Origin: Hypanus sabinus
Lineage: Eukaryota
Length of the DNA: 64,000 nucleotides
Assembly (NCBI RefSeq): GCF_030144855.1
Contig: NC_082731.1
Coordinates: 29,326,001 to 29,390,000 of the forward strand
Direction: 5' to 3'
Shown here: positions 25,396-37,799 of the stretch, piece after piece
Position numbering within the stretch: position 1 is the stretch's first letter
How the letters are laid out: each line of letters begins with the position of its first letter
Notes under the pieces: generated by a model
Database searches by the model: none
What the model was told of the DNA's origin: nothing
Seen by the model: the letters and a program-made list of their open reading frames with translations, nothing else
Program-made: the position numbers and the translations under genes

Positions 25396-25869
25396 CCTGT
25401 GACCCACCCAGATCCAGTTCCCCTCCACTCCCGCACCCTGTGACCCACCCAGATCCAGTTACCCTCTTCACCCCAGCACCCTGTGACCCACCCAGATCCA
25501 GTTCCCCTCTTCACCCCAGCACACCATGCCCCACCCAGATCCAGTTACCCTCTTCACCCCATCACCCCGCGACCCACTCAGATCCAGTTCCCCTCTTCAC
25601 CCAGCACCCTGTGACCCACCCAGATCCAGTTCCCCTCTTCATCCCAGCACCCCGTGACCCACCCAGATATAGTTCCCCTCTTCATCCCAGCACCCAGTGA
25701 CCCACCCAGATCCAGTTCCCCTCTTCACCCCAGCACCCTGTGACCCACCCAGATGCAGTTCCCCTCTTCACCCCAGCACACCGTGCCCCACCCAGATCCA
25801 GTTACCCTCTTCACCCCAGCACCCCGTGACCCACCCAGATCCAGTTCCCCTCTTCACCCCAGCACCCTG
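25396..25869. repeat. 43-bp C-rich minisatellite, 11 copies (CCCTGTGACCCACCCAGATCCAGTTCCCCTCTTCACCCCAGCA)
   Basis: GAT[CG]CAGTT-type anchor at 25411, 25452, 25495, 25538, 25581, 25623, 25666, 25709, 25752, 25795, 25838. Confidence 0.95.
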
Positions 25870-26434
25870 CTGTCAGTTTGATGGGTGTTTTTATAAAGAC
25901 CCAGAGGAACACTGATCCAGACAGAACTGTACTTACCACCTGCTGGTCCCGGGATGTAAAAGATCCTCGGCTGCAAATCTCACCGACTGACATTATTGTG
26001 CCTCCTGCACTGCCAAGACTGAGCAGCTCAGGGAACATCTGTGGGGTGAGAAACAGAGTTAATGTTTCACAACAGTGACCTTTCACCAGACTCTGTCAAT
26101 CTGATTTCTGGCAACTACGCTGTTTCCTGAATATAAATCCATCCTGGAGGGAAATCATCCAGAAATCATCCAGTGACCGGAGAAACTCCGGATGCAACGT
26201 ACCTTTCCTATTTTGATGAAAACAATTTGTTTTTCATTGGTTTCTACAACCCCAGAACATCCCAGGGCCTTTCCCAACCCAGCAAGTACTCCTGCAGTGT
26301 GTCACTTGTCCACAAGCTGAACTACAACATGACAATCTAGTCTGTTTGGGTGATGTTGGAAGGGAATGGTCACTTTTAGCCTACAATTCCTAAAGCTCCC
26401 CAACATTGGAAAACCTTCATTTGAAGTCTGAAAA

Positions 26435-27160
26435 TTCAAAGTAAAATTTATTATCAGGGTACATATATGTCACCACATACAACTCTGAGATTCATTTGCT
26501 TCTGGGCATACTCAGCAAATCCATAGAATAGTAACTGTAAACAGGATCAAAGAAACAGCAAGAGCATAGAAGACAATAAACTGGTGAATTGCAACCCTAA
26601 ATAAATTGCAATAAATAACAAGGTAAAGAGTCCTTAAAGTGAGATCATTGTTTATGGGAACATCTCAATAGATGAGTGTAATTATCCTCTTTTACTCAAG
26701 AGCCGGATGCTTGAGGGTAGTAACTGTTCTTGAAATTGGTGCTGTGAGTCCTGAGGCTCTTGTTCCATCTGCTTGATGGCAGCAGTGAGAAAAGAGCAGG
26801 GCCTGGGTGGTGAGGATCTTTGATGATAGATGCTGCTTTCTTACGACAGCATTTCATGTAGATGTGCTCAATGGTTGACAGTGCTTTACCCATTATGTAC
26901 TGGGCTGAATCCACTATTGTTTGCAGTATTTTCCATTCAAAGGCATTGCTGTTCCCATACCAGGCGATAATACAGCCAGTCAATACACTTTCCACTACAA
27001 TTCTATAGAAATTTATCAAGATTTTAGACATCATGCCAAATCTCCACAGACTCCTGAGGAAGTAGATGCACTGTCCTGTTTCCTCTGCAATTACATTTAT
27101 ATGCTGAGTCCAGGACAGGTCCTCTGAGATAGTGACACCCAGGAGTTTAAAGTTACTGAC
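26435..27160 (-). mobile_element. Rex1/Babar-like LINE 3' fragment
   Basis: Minus ORF FKLLGVTISEDLSWTQH...NFYRIVVESVLTGCIIAWYGN...RKKAASIIKDPHHPG. Confidence 0.7.
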
Positions 27161-28614
27161 TGTGTGGTAGATGAATAGATAGTCACAGATTACTGATGGT
27201 CGTCCTGATGGTCCCATGTCTTTGATCCCATAACTCCCTTGTTGTCAAGGGTTGACGCTGATAAACAGCAGCAAGGTTCCTCAGACCACAGCTGACCATC
27301 CCTTTCCCCTGCTGCTCAATACAAGAGAAACTGAAGATACTGTGGTTTGAATGGTGCTGGCTGTAGCTGGCATTCCCGAAGTGAACCATTTACCAGTGTC
27401 TAGCCACTTACACTGGAGTCAGTCTCACAGTTCCACAGACCACTGCGCCCCAAGATTTACTGAGTGACAGATGCCACCAGAACTGTCACCACACTCCACC
27501 ACATGACACGGGGCCTTGCTGGAGTTGCCTGGATTAAACTGGGGTTTCCACCTCCATGATTCCCTCGCAGACTAGACTTGTCAAAGGATCACAGTCACCA
27601 TTCATCTCAGTGCGATTCTGGGCCTGGTGTGTTGGGAAGGCGTTTGGCTTGTAATTTCCACAGGCTCGGTGCGGTTGAAGTTCTTCCTCAGTTGCATGGG
27701 TTGAATTTTGAGGCAGTGTCAGATGCATCAAGGAGTGCAGAGGGTGCATCAGAAGTGCGGAAGACTTCGGAGTCCTCGTGCGAGTCTCCCAGAAGGTGAA
27801 TTTACAGGTTGAGTCTGTGGTAAAGAAGGCAAACACAATGTTGGCATCAAATTCACATCGGACATTGGATGAGTACGGTTCTGGGTGGGGTGTTGGGGCA
27901 CACTTGTGACTGTGGGCTCAAGCCTCCACTGTGAGACTGACCCATAGCCTCTGAGCTCAGTGACACAGATTCCCAGCTGGGTGTTGAAGTGGTGAGAGTT
28001 TTGTTTCATGGGGTGAATAATTTTGGAAATTACTCATTTATAAACAGTACTGTGCAAAAATCTTGGGCACAAGTACATTGCTAGCGTACCCAAGACTTTT
28101 CCGTAGTAACATATTTGTCAAAGTGGAGTGGAGAGTGAGTTTGTAAATCTGGCGAGAGGATGTTGGGAATGGTGAGGGTGGACTGCCACGGGAGGGGTGT
28201 GGGACAGATGACAGAGCAGGGGCAGCAGTTTGCATGGGTGCAGACCCAACCAGCTCTGAGACAACAGGCAAGGTCACTTGATTCAAAACAATTGATTTAT
28301 TGATCTTTCCAGAATGTCTCTCTGATGCTTCTCCCTCCCTTCCCTTTCCCACTCTCAGTCCACAATAGAGACCCACATCAGAATCAGGTTTATCCTCACT
28401 CACATCTGTCATGAAATTTGTTTTTCTTTAGTGGCTGAGGTACAGTGCAATTCATAAAATTACTACAGTACAGTGGAGGGGTCGGGTGGGCATCCCAGCT
28501 TATGTGTCTCAGACTTCAGCACAGTAGTTAGTAATGGTAACGTATAACATGTCTCCTTTGTCTGCCAGTAATGCATTTACTTACAGAACTTCTGTGAATT
28601 TCTTTCCATTTCAG

Positions 28615-28908
28615 AGGTCAAGTCCACACCATCAGTCTACATCACCCCTTCCTGCACCACAGAATCTGACCAAGGCATCAGGCTCCTCTGTCTGGTCAAG
28701 GACTATCAGCCTGAGAGCATCAGTCAGACATGGTCCACTAACAGTGGGGACATCACCACTGGAATCAAGAAATACCCGGCGGTGTTGGGGCAAAATTCAA
28801 AGTACACGATGAGCAGCTTGCTCGAAGTCTCTGCGGCGGACTGGAAGAAGAATAATGTCTACACGTGCAAGGCAGGGATGGTGACAGTGGAGTTCCAGAA
28901 ACCTCAAT
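28615..28908 (+). CDS. IgW: IgW CH1 exon ([14 protein letters not shown]...[14 protein letters not shown])
   Basis: TTTCCATTTCAG acceptor, 294-nt phase 1-1 open exon, [15 protein letters not shown]1-set motifs, N-terminal Cys (putative light-chain bond), GTTAGT donor; missed by the ORF track in this frame. Confidence 0.92.
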
Positions 28909-29854
28909 GTTAGTATGAGACATATTTTTCTCTTAAAAGCTGCATTGATCTCAGAGTGTAAACCTGGAACACGAACCTTTGTCAGATAATGTTCAGCACG
29001 GCAATTAACTCCTTTACTCTAATCTTACAATGGCAGTATGACTCCTCACCAAAATCACAGTGAGAAAACGTATGGAATTGATACAGGGGGAAACGTCCTC
29101 CTGAACTCAATGAAACTCCGTATCAGTGGAGGGTGGAGGAAACAACTTGTGCTGATCTGTCTCCATTGTATCCACTCCTTTCAGGAACCTCTCCACCATC
29201 CCATCCCACAAAAACCTCCCTACAGATCAGCTCCTGTACACATACAGAGACCGCTGGCCCATCGTACCCCTGCACACAGAACAACAATTTAAACTTTACC
29301 CCTCTCCTCCTGCACTTACCCCTCCACCCTCCACCCTGCTTCCCCCTCTTCTGATAAAAGCAATCCCTAGTGAATGTGACGAAGGAATCCACTCCAGTGC
29401 CCTTCTTTAACCACCTTCTCACAGATCTGAACAAGCCTTTGCAGAGACAACAAAATAATTCCCTCCTGTCCATCTGTTCTTCTTTCTCATTGAAAGTAAA
29501 ATTGTGTTTCCCAAATTCACCAATGGAAACAGTTCCACACCATGTACTCCTGCTCACAGGAGCTGGTATCAGTCATTCTCCATTAAACAATTAGATCACG
29601 GCAGGTCTGCACCTCAACCCCATGACCCACCTCTCTGCATTATCATAGCATAGTGGGACACGCTGCTGGGAGGCCCAAGTGATACACCCAGCCCTCCCAC
29701 TCACTGGTGTGAGCCATCAGATCATCAGATCAGCTGTAAATTAACAACATTCTTGAGAGGGCTGGAACTGGGGAGCTTGCCCGGGATGAGGGGGAATGAA
29801 GTCCAAAGCATGGGCAAAGCAATCATGTACTGACAGATATTAAATGTGTTACAG

Positions 29855-30154
29855 CTCCGAAGCTCAGCTCCCTTGTTCCATCCCGGGAGGTGATCCACAG
29901 TCAAGCAAATGCTGTCCTGGGCTGTGTGATATCTGGATTCTCTCCCGACAACGTTCAGGTATCCTGGAAAAAAGCTGGATCTGCCCAAGAAGGCATCGTT
30001 CTCCCTTCCACTCGGAGATCTGATGGTACATTTGAAACAATCTCTTACCTGACAGTGCCTGTGCAGGAATGGACCAAGGAACAGAAATATACTTGTGAAG
30101 TGAATCACGCACCTTCCGGTTTCAGTGGTCAGGTCAACATGACGTATCAAGAGG
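29855..30154 (+). CDS. IgW: IgW CH2 exon (SPKLSSLVPS...GQVNMTYQE)
   Basis: 300-nt phase 1-1 exon; LGCVISGFSP, VSW, YTCEVNH; G|GTGAGT donor. Confidence 0.95.
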
Positions 30155-30816
30155 GTGAGTGATGTCTGAAGAAAAATTAATTAACTTACAGCACTAAACT
30201 ACTTAACTCCCACACAATTCCTGTCCCTACTGTCAATCTGGTTGTGTGATGTAGAGATGATCTTTGCACTTTGAATCAACTCATGTCACCAGCAGCTTTA
30301 ACCCCATCTACTGGGCAGGAAAGGTATAAGATGAGGTCACCTGTCCATTCTGTCTCAATAATTGTAGTTGTCTCTGTTTGCAGTTATAATGAAAATAAGT
30401 TAGTGAGCAAAGCTCACGTCCCATGCTTTACTTCCCTTTCCCTTTTTCACTGTCTTCTCAGTGTTAGTTCCTCAAAAAATATCTCTGCAATTTTGTATTT
30501 GCTTCAGTCCCCAGAGTCTGTTTCCAGTGTTTCCAGAGAGACTCTTCTGTCGATTCTCAACTCACTGAAATGTAGGTGCCTGGATTATTTTTGAATTGAT
30601 GCCGAATCCTCGAGTGAATGTTGTGACCTTGTGTCCTCAGATCCTTGACCAGGTTCAGACAGCACATGCATTTATCATGGCTGACAACAACCTCATCCCG
30701 ATAGGATGCGATATACAGAGGACAGAGAGTGGGAATATGTGGGGCTCCCTTTTTCCAAGCATGGGAAAAGAGCTGAAAATATCTAACATTTAAATCTATG
30801 AATCTTCCATTTCCAG

Positions 30817-30938
30817 GTGGAAACTGTCCTTCGGAGCCTGTGCCAATGTTCTTTTACCAGAGTAACCTCAATGCAACATTCTCCGATGGTTGTACCCTAC
30901 AGTATCATTGTTCTGCAGGAAAGTGTGAAATAAAGTGA
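30817..30938 (+). CDS. IgW: IgW short-form Cys-rich secretory exon SEC1 (GGNCPSEPVPMFFYQSNLNATFSDGCTLQYHCSAGKCEIK*)
   Basis: TTCCATTTCCAG acceptor in phase 1; four Cys and one N-glycan sequon (NAT); resembles the skate IgX-short / shark IgW-short tail. Confidence 0.88.
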
Positions 30939-31049
30939 TTGGCTGTGTATACAATTCGTCATTGAATTTCATAACAATCCAGTTACTGGATTCCAGACCT
31001 GCTCCTGGTATCCATTGGGATGGAAATTTAACAAAGAGAGAAGAAAACA

Positions 31050-31705
31050 CATGATTCAAACTGACTACCTCTCCAATCACATTTCTATTCGACTTTCTAT
31101 TATCCTTGTGGCCACCTTTTTCAATTTGACTTCCCATTCCCATTCTGACATGTCTGTCCATGGTCTCCTCTACTGCCCTGGTGAGGCCAAAGTCAGGTTG
31201 GAGTAGCAACACCTCATATTCCATCCAGATATCTGCCAGTCTGATAGCTTGAGTTCTAATTTATGCAACCTCCAGTAATCTCCCCCGGTCCTTTAATCCC
31301 CTTTTTTCCTAATCCCCATATTAGATACCACCTCATTCTATCACTTCTACCCACCTGTCCATCATTTCCTCTGTGGTCCACTGTCCTGTCAGATTGCTTC
31401 TGCTTCAGCCATTTATCTCTTCCATTTATCCCCCACCAGCTTTCTACTTCATACCCCCTCCCCATCCACACCCTTACCCCCTCACCTGGTCTCACCACTC
31501 ATCTGACAGATTGTATTCCTCTCCACTCCACCCACCTCTTATTCTGGCTTCTGCCCACTTCCTTTCCAGTACTGGTGAAGTCACTTGGCCTGAAAGATCG
31601 ATTGTTTATTTCCATCCATAGACGCTGCCTGACTTCCCATGTTCCTCCAGCATTTTGTGTGTGTTGTTCAAGATCTCCAGCATCTGTAGAACCTCTTGTG
31701 TTTCT
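31050..31705 (+). mobile_element. Penelope-like element 3' region
   Basis: AGGTTGGAG.AGCAACACCTCATATTCC coding remnant, CT-rich tract and GATGCTGCC/CTCCAGCATTTTGTGTGTGTTG terminal motif. Confidence 0.55.
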
Positions 31706-33673
31706 GGTTGTCCATACTCTCATTCATTTGTGTAGATTGTTGCTTCAGTGTGACTCCGATCCCAATTCCACTTTCCTTGGCCAGATTCCCTCCTGTCTGA
31801 CTCCAGTCAGCAAGAACTGGAACCTGTCTTTCACCCAGTGGCTGTGAGGCACGAGGTGATGAAGGTGAACGGGGCAGAAATTCCAAATTGACTCAGTCAA
31901 AGGATGGATGACCCTTTGATAATGTTGGGCACAAGACAAATTGGTGAGACAAGACACAGGGGTCTACCAAGTCTCCTGTCCAATCTGACATGATTTGTGT
32001 GTAATTCCTGAATCAGACAAGTTGCGAAAGTAACATTGATCCATGTGCGGGACACTGAATTCAGTCCAATTGGGAAACTCAGTGATCCCAAAGAATGTCA
32101 GAAAGGACAATGTTTTGTTAAAATTACCCAAGCACTGATAGAATGCTATGTTTCTTGTGGAATAATTCAGCAATAAGGGGAGTGATCTTGACTCTGTCAG
32201 GTTTTATGAGGGGATCTCATTTCCCAGGGACTGCTGAACATCAAGACCAGTCTGATATGGGACCAAACTGAGAAACCTGCCAAAACACATTTAACAACAA
32301 CACAGTGCTGATTAAACTGGGATTCACAATTCCGTGACCCTTCAGTGTACACCGACGTTTGCAGATTTGTGATATTACACAACAATGATCATCTAGACTA
32401 CACCCATGGACTTTCTGTTTTAAAAGAAAATTGCTCATAATCTAACTGACATGAGAAAGGTTAAGAAATACACATCATACTTTGTCAGATGATCCGTCCC
32501 AGTCAGACTGGACAGTGTGTGTTACATCTGCTCTTTCTTCAGACAAAGACACTGACTCACAGTCTCACTGAAGGACTCAACCGTGACACAAACACAATCA
32601 GCCTCCACACTAAATGTCAAAGAGCAAAAGGGGACCAAGTGTGTAAATGGTGCACACAAAGTGCAGAGAGCTGCAATGTCCGTGAACTGATGATCGTGCA
32701 TTGGGAGACGGCCTCAACAACTTCACACAAAACCGACACTAACCCAGAGGACAGGTGACCCAACACTTGATCAAAGAGCTGTTTTATTCACTTATCATTT
32801 CCTATCAATCACTGATCGCTCTGGAACTGAGGGACTTGCTGCCTCATTCCTGATGGTGATTCAGGTTCAGCCGTGTTGCTGCAGGTCTGGAGTCACAGAC
32901 CAGCCGGACCAGATGGGACTCTCCGGAAGTTATCACAGGGAACGACACTACAAATACCTCCGTGGACATCTTTCTATTCCAAAAAGCACTGATGAATTGA
33001 ATTTAAACTCCCATCCACCAGGTTGGGATTTGAAACTATTTTCCCAGTTCATCAGCCCAGCAACTTAACAACACACTCTGACCGTGGCTGCTCATTTCAA
33101 GAGAGACAGAGGCTTCAGTGTTTGTACACAGGAATGCTAAAATCACAGGCACCAGCAGAAGTAGTGCAGGTGTATGAGGGAGCAGAGTTGAAAGAATACA
33201 ATGTTTTCTGAAGCTTGTGTTGGCGGTGAAGGTTGCAGAGATGGGGAGAGGCACAGCCACAGTAAGACTGAATGTTGGGATGTGAAGTTATTAAACTGAG
33301 TGAATCCCAGGCTCAGCCCAGATGGAGAAAGGGATTCTCATTGATTCACAGTGTCCATTGTTACTAATCAATGGCACTGAGTCTCCGAGCAAAGAATATA
33401 CTGAGCTGCGTCTCTGCTGAGAAATCTGCATGCTTCTCTGTCTCACAGTGAACCAATTGGTACAGTTATAAGAAAGGGATTCAAAACCGATTAGCACATC
33501 CTTTGTTCTGATTTTCTTTTCTGAATCAAAACTTGGAGGAGTGTGAGACACGTGATTCAGTCCTGGGTGTTTCTGTTACTCTGTTTGCATTAACACAAGG
33601 TCTGTCTTGACCTAACACAACCAATAGAAATGTCTCCAGTAAGATTCTGAGCATTTCCATTTCTAATCCACAG

Positions 33674-33976
33674 AATTGTCTGTCTTTATTCAAAATCCCG
33701 ACATTGAAGAGATGTGGATCGACAAGACTACTACCGTGAAGTGCACGGTTCTCTGTACAGATCCCGAAGATATCCACATCTCTTGGCACGTGGGTGGGAA
33801 GGAGAAAACAAAAGGAATTCACACCCATCAAGCAGAGGGGGATGGGTCCCGATACAGAGTGCTCAGCGAACTCCAGATCAGTGTGGAGGAGTGGTTCAGT
33901 GGGGTGGAGTACGAGTGCTCTGCTCAGGAATCTCCTTCATCTTCCCGAGTGTCAGCACGGACCAATAGTACCAAAG
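33674..33976 (+). CDS. IgW: IgW CH3a exon (ELSVFIQNPDIEEMW...ARTNSTK)
   Basis: 303-nt phase 1-1 exon with both C1-set Cys and Trp; G|GTGGGT donor. Confidence 0.94.
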
Positions 33977-34062
33977 GTGGGTCAGAGACCAGCGATTAAA
34001 TGGCCAGCATTAGTTACCTGAGTCAAAATGTTTGAGAATTCCTATTTTCTTGTCTATTCCAG

Positions 34063-34380
34063 TTGAGATAAAAAGTCCCAAGGTCAGACTGCTGCCTCCA
34101 CCTCAGGAAGAGACCAAGAAAAGGAAAATGGTCACACTGGAGTGTGTGGTCTCTGGGTTCTACCCGGACCAAATAAATGTCATCTGGGAGAAAGGCAGCA
34201 CTGTGATCACCTCCAACACCAGCGCTACACCGACCGCACTGGAGCAGGGGTGGACTTTCAGTGCCAGACACTTCCTGACCGTGAGTTTACAGGAGTGGGA
34301 GACAGAATCAGTCTTCAGTTGTACAGTGATTCATCCCCCCTCCAACACCCGTATCAAGAAGCAAGTGAAGAACGTCCAAG
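34063..34380 (+). CDS. IgW: IgW CH4a exon (VEIKSPKVRLLPPP...QVKNVQ)
   Basis: 318-nt phase 1-1 exon after an 86-nt intron; LECVVSGFYP, FSCTVIHPP. Confidence 0.94.
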
Positions 34381-35702
34381 GTAGGGTCCTGGTTCCTCAC
34401 CCCATTTTTTAAATTGTTTACATTGTGCTATGAATTCAAGGTCAACACTAAATCACAGTGTAGTTCTGGTTTCGTTATATGAGGGAACTGATAAAATTCC
34501 AAGTACATTTATTATCAAAATCTGTGCACCATATACAACCTTGAGATTCTCTTGTTGCAGACAGTCACAAAACAAAGAAACAGAATAGAATTCAGAGTCA
34601 AACATCCAATGTGAGAAAAAGAAAGAACAAATTGTGTAAACAATATAAAGGTTCAAACAAACAATCCACAGAACCTGAACCGCAGAGTCCCCTGAAGTAA
34701 ATCCACAGCCACGTCACCAGTTCAGCACTGCAACCGGTCCAGGAGACCGATGGCTGCAGGCCACGGCCACGGAGCCAGGCTCAGTGCTGAGGTGAGTGCC
34801 GATGGCTGCAGGCCGCAGCTGCAGAGTCAGTTCAGTGCTGAGGTGAGGGAAGCCTCATAGAGTAGTGAGCTGAATACCGGTTTGGCCATTGACTCAGCCT
34901 CAATGTCATCATCTTTTTAATCTCGCTTGGCACTTAAATTGGCCAATCATCGGTTTGTTTTCCACTCTCAACCAACATAATCCACATTTTCACCATCGAA
35001 ACAATAGTATTCCAGGAAATAATTTCAGAACTGGAGGTGAATCCAGATCATTTCACTGGACAGACACTCTGGAAATTGCTGATACTCATCTTCAAAATGC
35101 TCCCTCCCTTTACCTTTGAACAAGCCCCTGATTAGTGCCTCAGCTGGGACTGAATTTCCAGCAGAGCAGCTCTCCCTCTGCTCCTGTGTGGGAACAGTCA
35201 GCCTGGACAATGTGTAGAAGCCTCTGGAGGGCGGCTTGAACACACAACATTCTGACAAAGCAGAAGCAAATGTTAGTTACACCTAACAGAGAAAAAGAGT
35301 GCATTTAATATTAGTCACAAAAACTAAATGTTTCTCATAAATTCTGTAATATGAAGTGTATTTTCTGCAAGATTTTCACGTGATACTTTGCTCTGTTTCC
35401 TGTTCCACCAACACAGTCTGAAATACTGGTTATTTTCTGTATTTGTTTTAATAAGTGGCTGGCAACAGTTTAAGTGACCATGAAACTGCAAAAACAATGC
35501 AAGGGCCAATCTTGTTCATTTACATTCCCTCAGGGTGTCTACCCTAGTGAAGATTCCTTTTTTCACCAATGTAGATTGGTCTCATCTCCTCTTGATGGGA
35601 CTGGCAAATCATTGACCAGAGACGAACAGAAATGCTGGTCTTGTCAGTGAGAAATTCATCCATTGGGGAATGGGGAAATAATAATTGTGACGTTTCTCCC
35701 AG

Positions 35703-36017
35703 ATAAATGTTCAGATACTTCAGTCACTTTAAGCAAACCTTCCTTCGAAGAGATCTGGACGAAGAGGACAGCAACCATTCTATGTGATGTGGTTCACAGT
35801 GACTTACAGGGATTCAGTGTAACCTGGCAGGTGGACGGAAGGAAGAGGGAAGATGGGGTGAGGACAGTAGGTCCAGACAGCAATGGAGGTGAAGACAAGA
35901 TCACCAGCAGACTGACAGTCCCTGCTGCAGAGTGGAACAGTGGGGCTGAGTTCTCGTGTATGATAGAGGACGAGAGTTTGCCAACACCGGTGAAGAAATC
36001 CATCAGGAAGGACACAG
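35703..36017 (+). CDS. IgW: IgW CH5 exon (DKCSDTSVTLSKPSFEEIW...SIRKDT)
   Basis: 315-nt phase 1-1 exon; ILCDV, TWQ, FSCMI; G|GTACGT donor. Confidence 0.94.
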
Positions 36018-36669
36018 GTACGTGTGGACAGAATTCAGTGTGAGTCTAATCTCAGCAATTGGACAGATTTATCACCGTCCAGCACTGTGATAGACGATAG
36101 AAAATGAGAACAGGAGCAGGTCATTGGGTCTCTCGATCTGAATCATTCAGTCTGGTTTCGGCTAGTCATCCAAACTCAATCAATATTCCTATTTTCTCCA
36201 GATATCCTTTGACCCATTCACATGAAGAAGTGCATACAACCCATTCTTGAATATATTACATGATAATTCTTCAAGTGGTTTCTGTGGCAGAGAGTTCGAC
36301 AGGTTCTCACTCCCTCTCACACATACACAGCTAAGACTGCCACCCCTGCTCCAGGGGAGATGGAACAAACAGCACAGGATGATGCAAGTCCAGGGGCTGA
36401 GTTCCACTTTCTGTAGAGTTGCTGTGTTCAGCGACACCCATTGATTGAACTGAATGGACTAACCTTGCTGGGAGCAGTAAAATGCAGCAGGTTCAAGATT
36501 TCCACTCCACAAATCCCAATGATGAGCAGAAAGGGAAAAGCCTTTGGTTTCAGATAAAGTGAAGTCTCTCAGATTTAGAAATTGTTTATGTTGGTACAAG
36601 ACCAGAATGTGTTGGGTCAGGAGGGAATTATTGGAAGATTCATTCTAACTGAGATTCTCTCTGTTCCAG

Positions 36670-37052
36670 GTGTTGTGACTCGTCCTCAGGTCTACCTCCT
36701 CCCCCCATCATCGGATGAGGTAGACACCGATCAGACTGGGACCTTCATGTGCCTGGTCACCAAGTTCTCTCCCGCAGACATCTATGTGGCCTGGATGGCC
36801 AATGACACCCTTCTGAAGACAGGGTTTGTGAACCAGCCGGTGACCACGGACCCCAGAAAAGGCTGGAACACAATGACCAGTCAGCTGAAGGTTTCTCCTG
36901 AGGAGTGGAAGAGCGGCACCACTTTCTCCTGTGTGGTGGGTCATGAGTCGCTCACAACCAACCTGTTCCGAAGCATCAATAAATCTCACAGCAAACCCAC
37001 CCTGGTCAATGTCTCACTTGTTCTGACTGATAGTTTTAAATCTTGTGTGTAA
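36670..37052 (+). CDS. IgW: IgW CH6 exon with canonical secretory tailpiece (...SHSKPTLVNVSLVLTDSFKSCV*)
   Basis: PQVYLLPP, FMCLV, FSCVVGHESL; tailpiece with NVS sequon and penultimate Cys. Confidence 0.95.
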
Positions 37053-37346
37053 CAATGTGTGATTCAATCCATGAAACCCTAGTTTTATTAGTTTTATGAT
37101 TATTAATTATCACAGAGGGTTATTTTGCTGATTAAAACATGTTTCAGATCTGGACCTTTTAAAATAATTAGGAATGAAATTAAGGTCAAGAATCAAATTA
37201 AGGAACAAACATGATTCACCACAAATCTCTGAGTTTGTACGTACATCCTAAGACCTTCTTCTGCCATGTTTGAATGGATTTCAACCCTGTGTGGGACTGC
37301 ACAATGTATTAAATCTCTGTTTGTGTCAATGTACCGATCCAAGTGC

Positions 37347-37352
37347 AATAAA
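37347..37352 (+). promoter_or_regulatory. Candidate poly(A) signal for the long secreted mRNA
   Basis: First AATAAA downstream of the CH6 stop; ATTAAA alternatives occur earlier in the UTR. Confidence 0.45.
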
Positions 37353-37799
37353 TATGATGTGAAAATATTTTAGCTGTGATTTTTGGAGACAGGAAATAAG
37401 GAACTTTCAACATGAGGTGTGGTAGGTGACGCACACTCGGGGAGAAATAGATGTCTTTGTATCTATGGTGTCTAAACCCTTCCTGCATCAGGAGTCCCAA
37501 TGATCAGCTGTCAACAAATGGTCAAAGAAATTAGAACCTGCAGCCATCTGACAAAGAGGTGAGAGTGCCAACCACTGACCAGACAATATATTTGTGTCAA
37601 AGATGTCGGATCGCTGTGTGAGGGCTCCTTGCCCCCATTAACTTTGCTGCTGCTCATCTGGTCCATGTGTGACGCTAACTAAATGAAACATATCATTGTT
37701 GGCAACTGTTCTTTTGCAATGGTGCAGTTAAACCTCTGTCTGTCAGGGCAGATGGTTTGCATCTGCACTGAAGGGGTCTAATATCCTCACAGGAAGGTT

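Noticed and set aside
30858-30868. Possible phase-1 internal donor in SEC1 (AGA|GTAACC)
   Set aside because: Weak match to the donor consensus; no other support
36978-36983. AATAAA inside CH6
   Set aside because: Lies ~70 nt upstream of the stop within S-I-N-K codons; use would truncate the tailpiece
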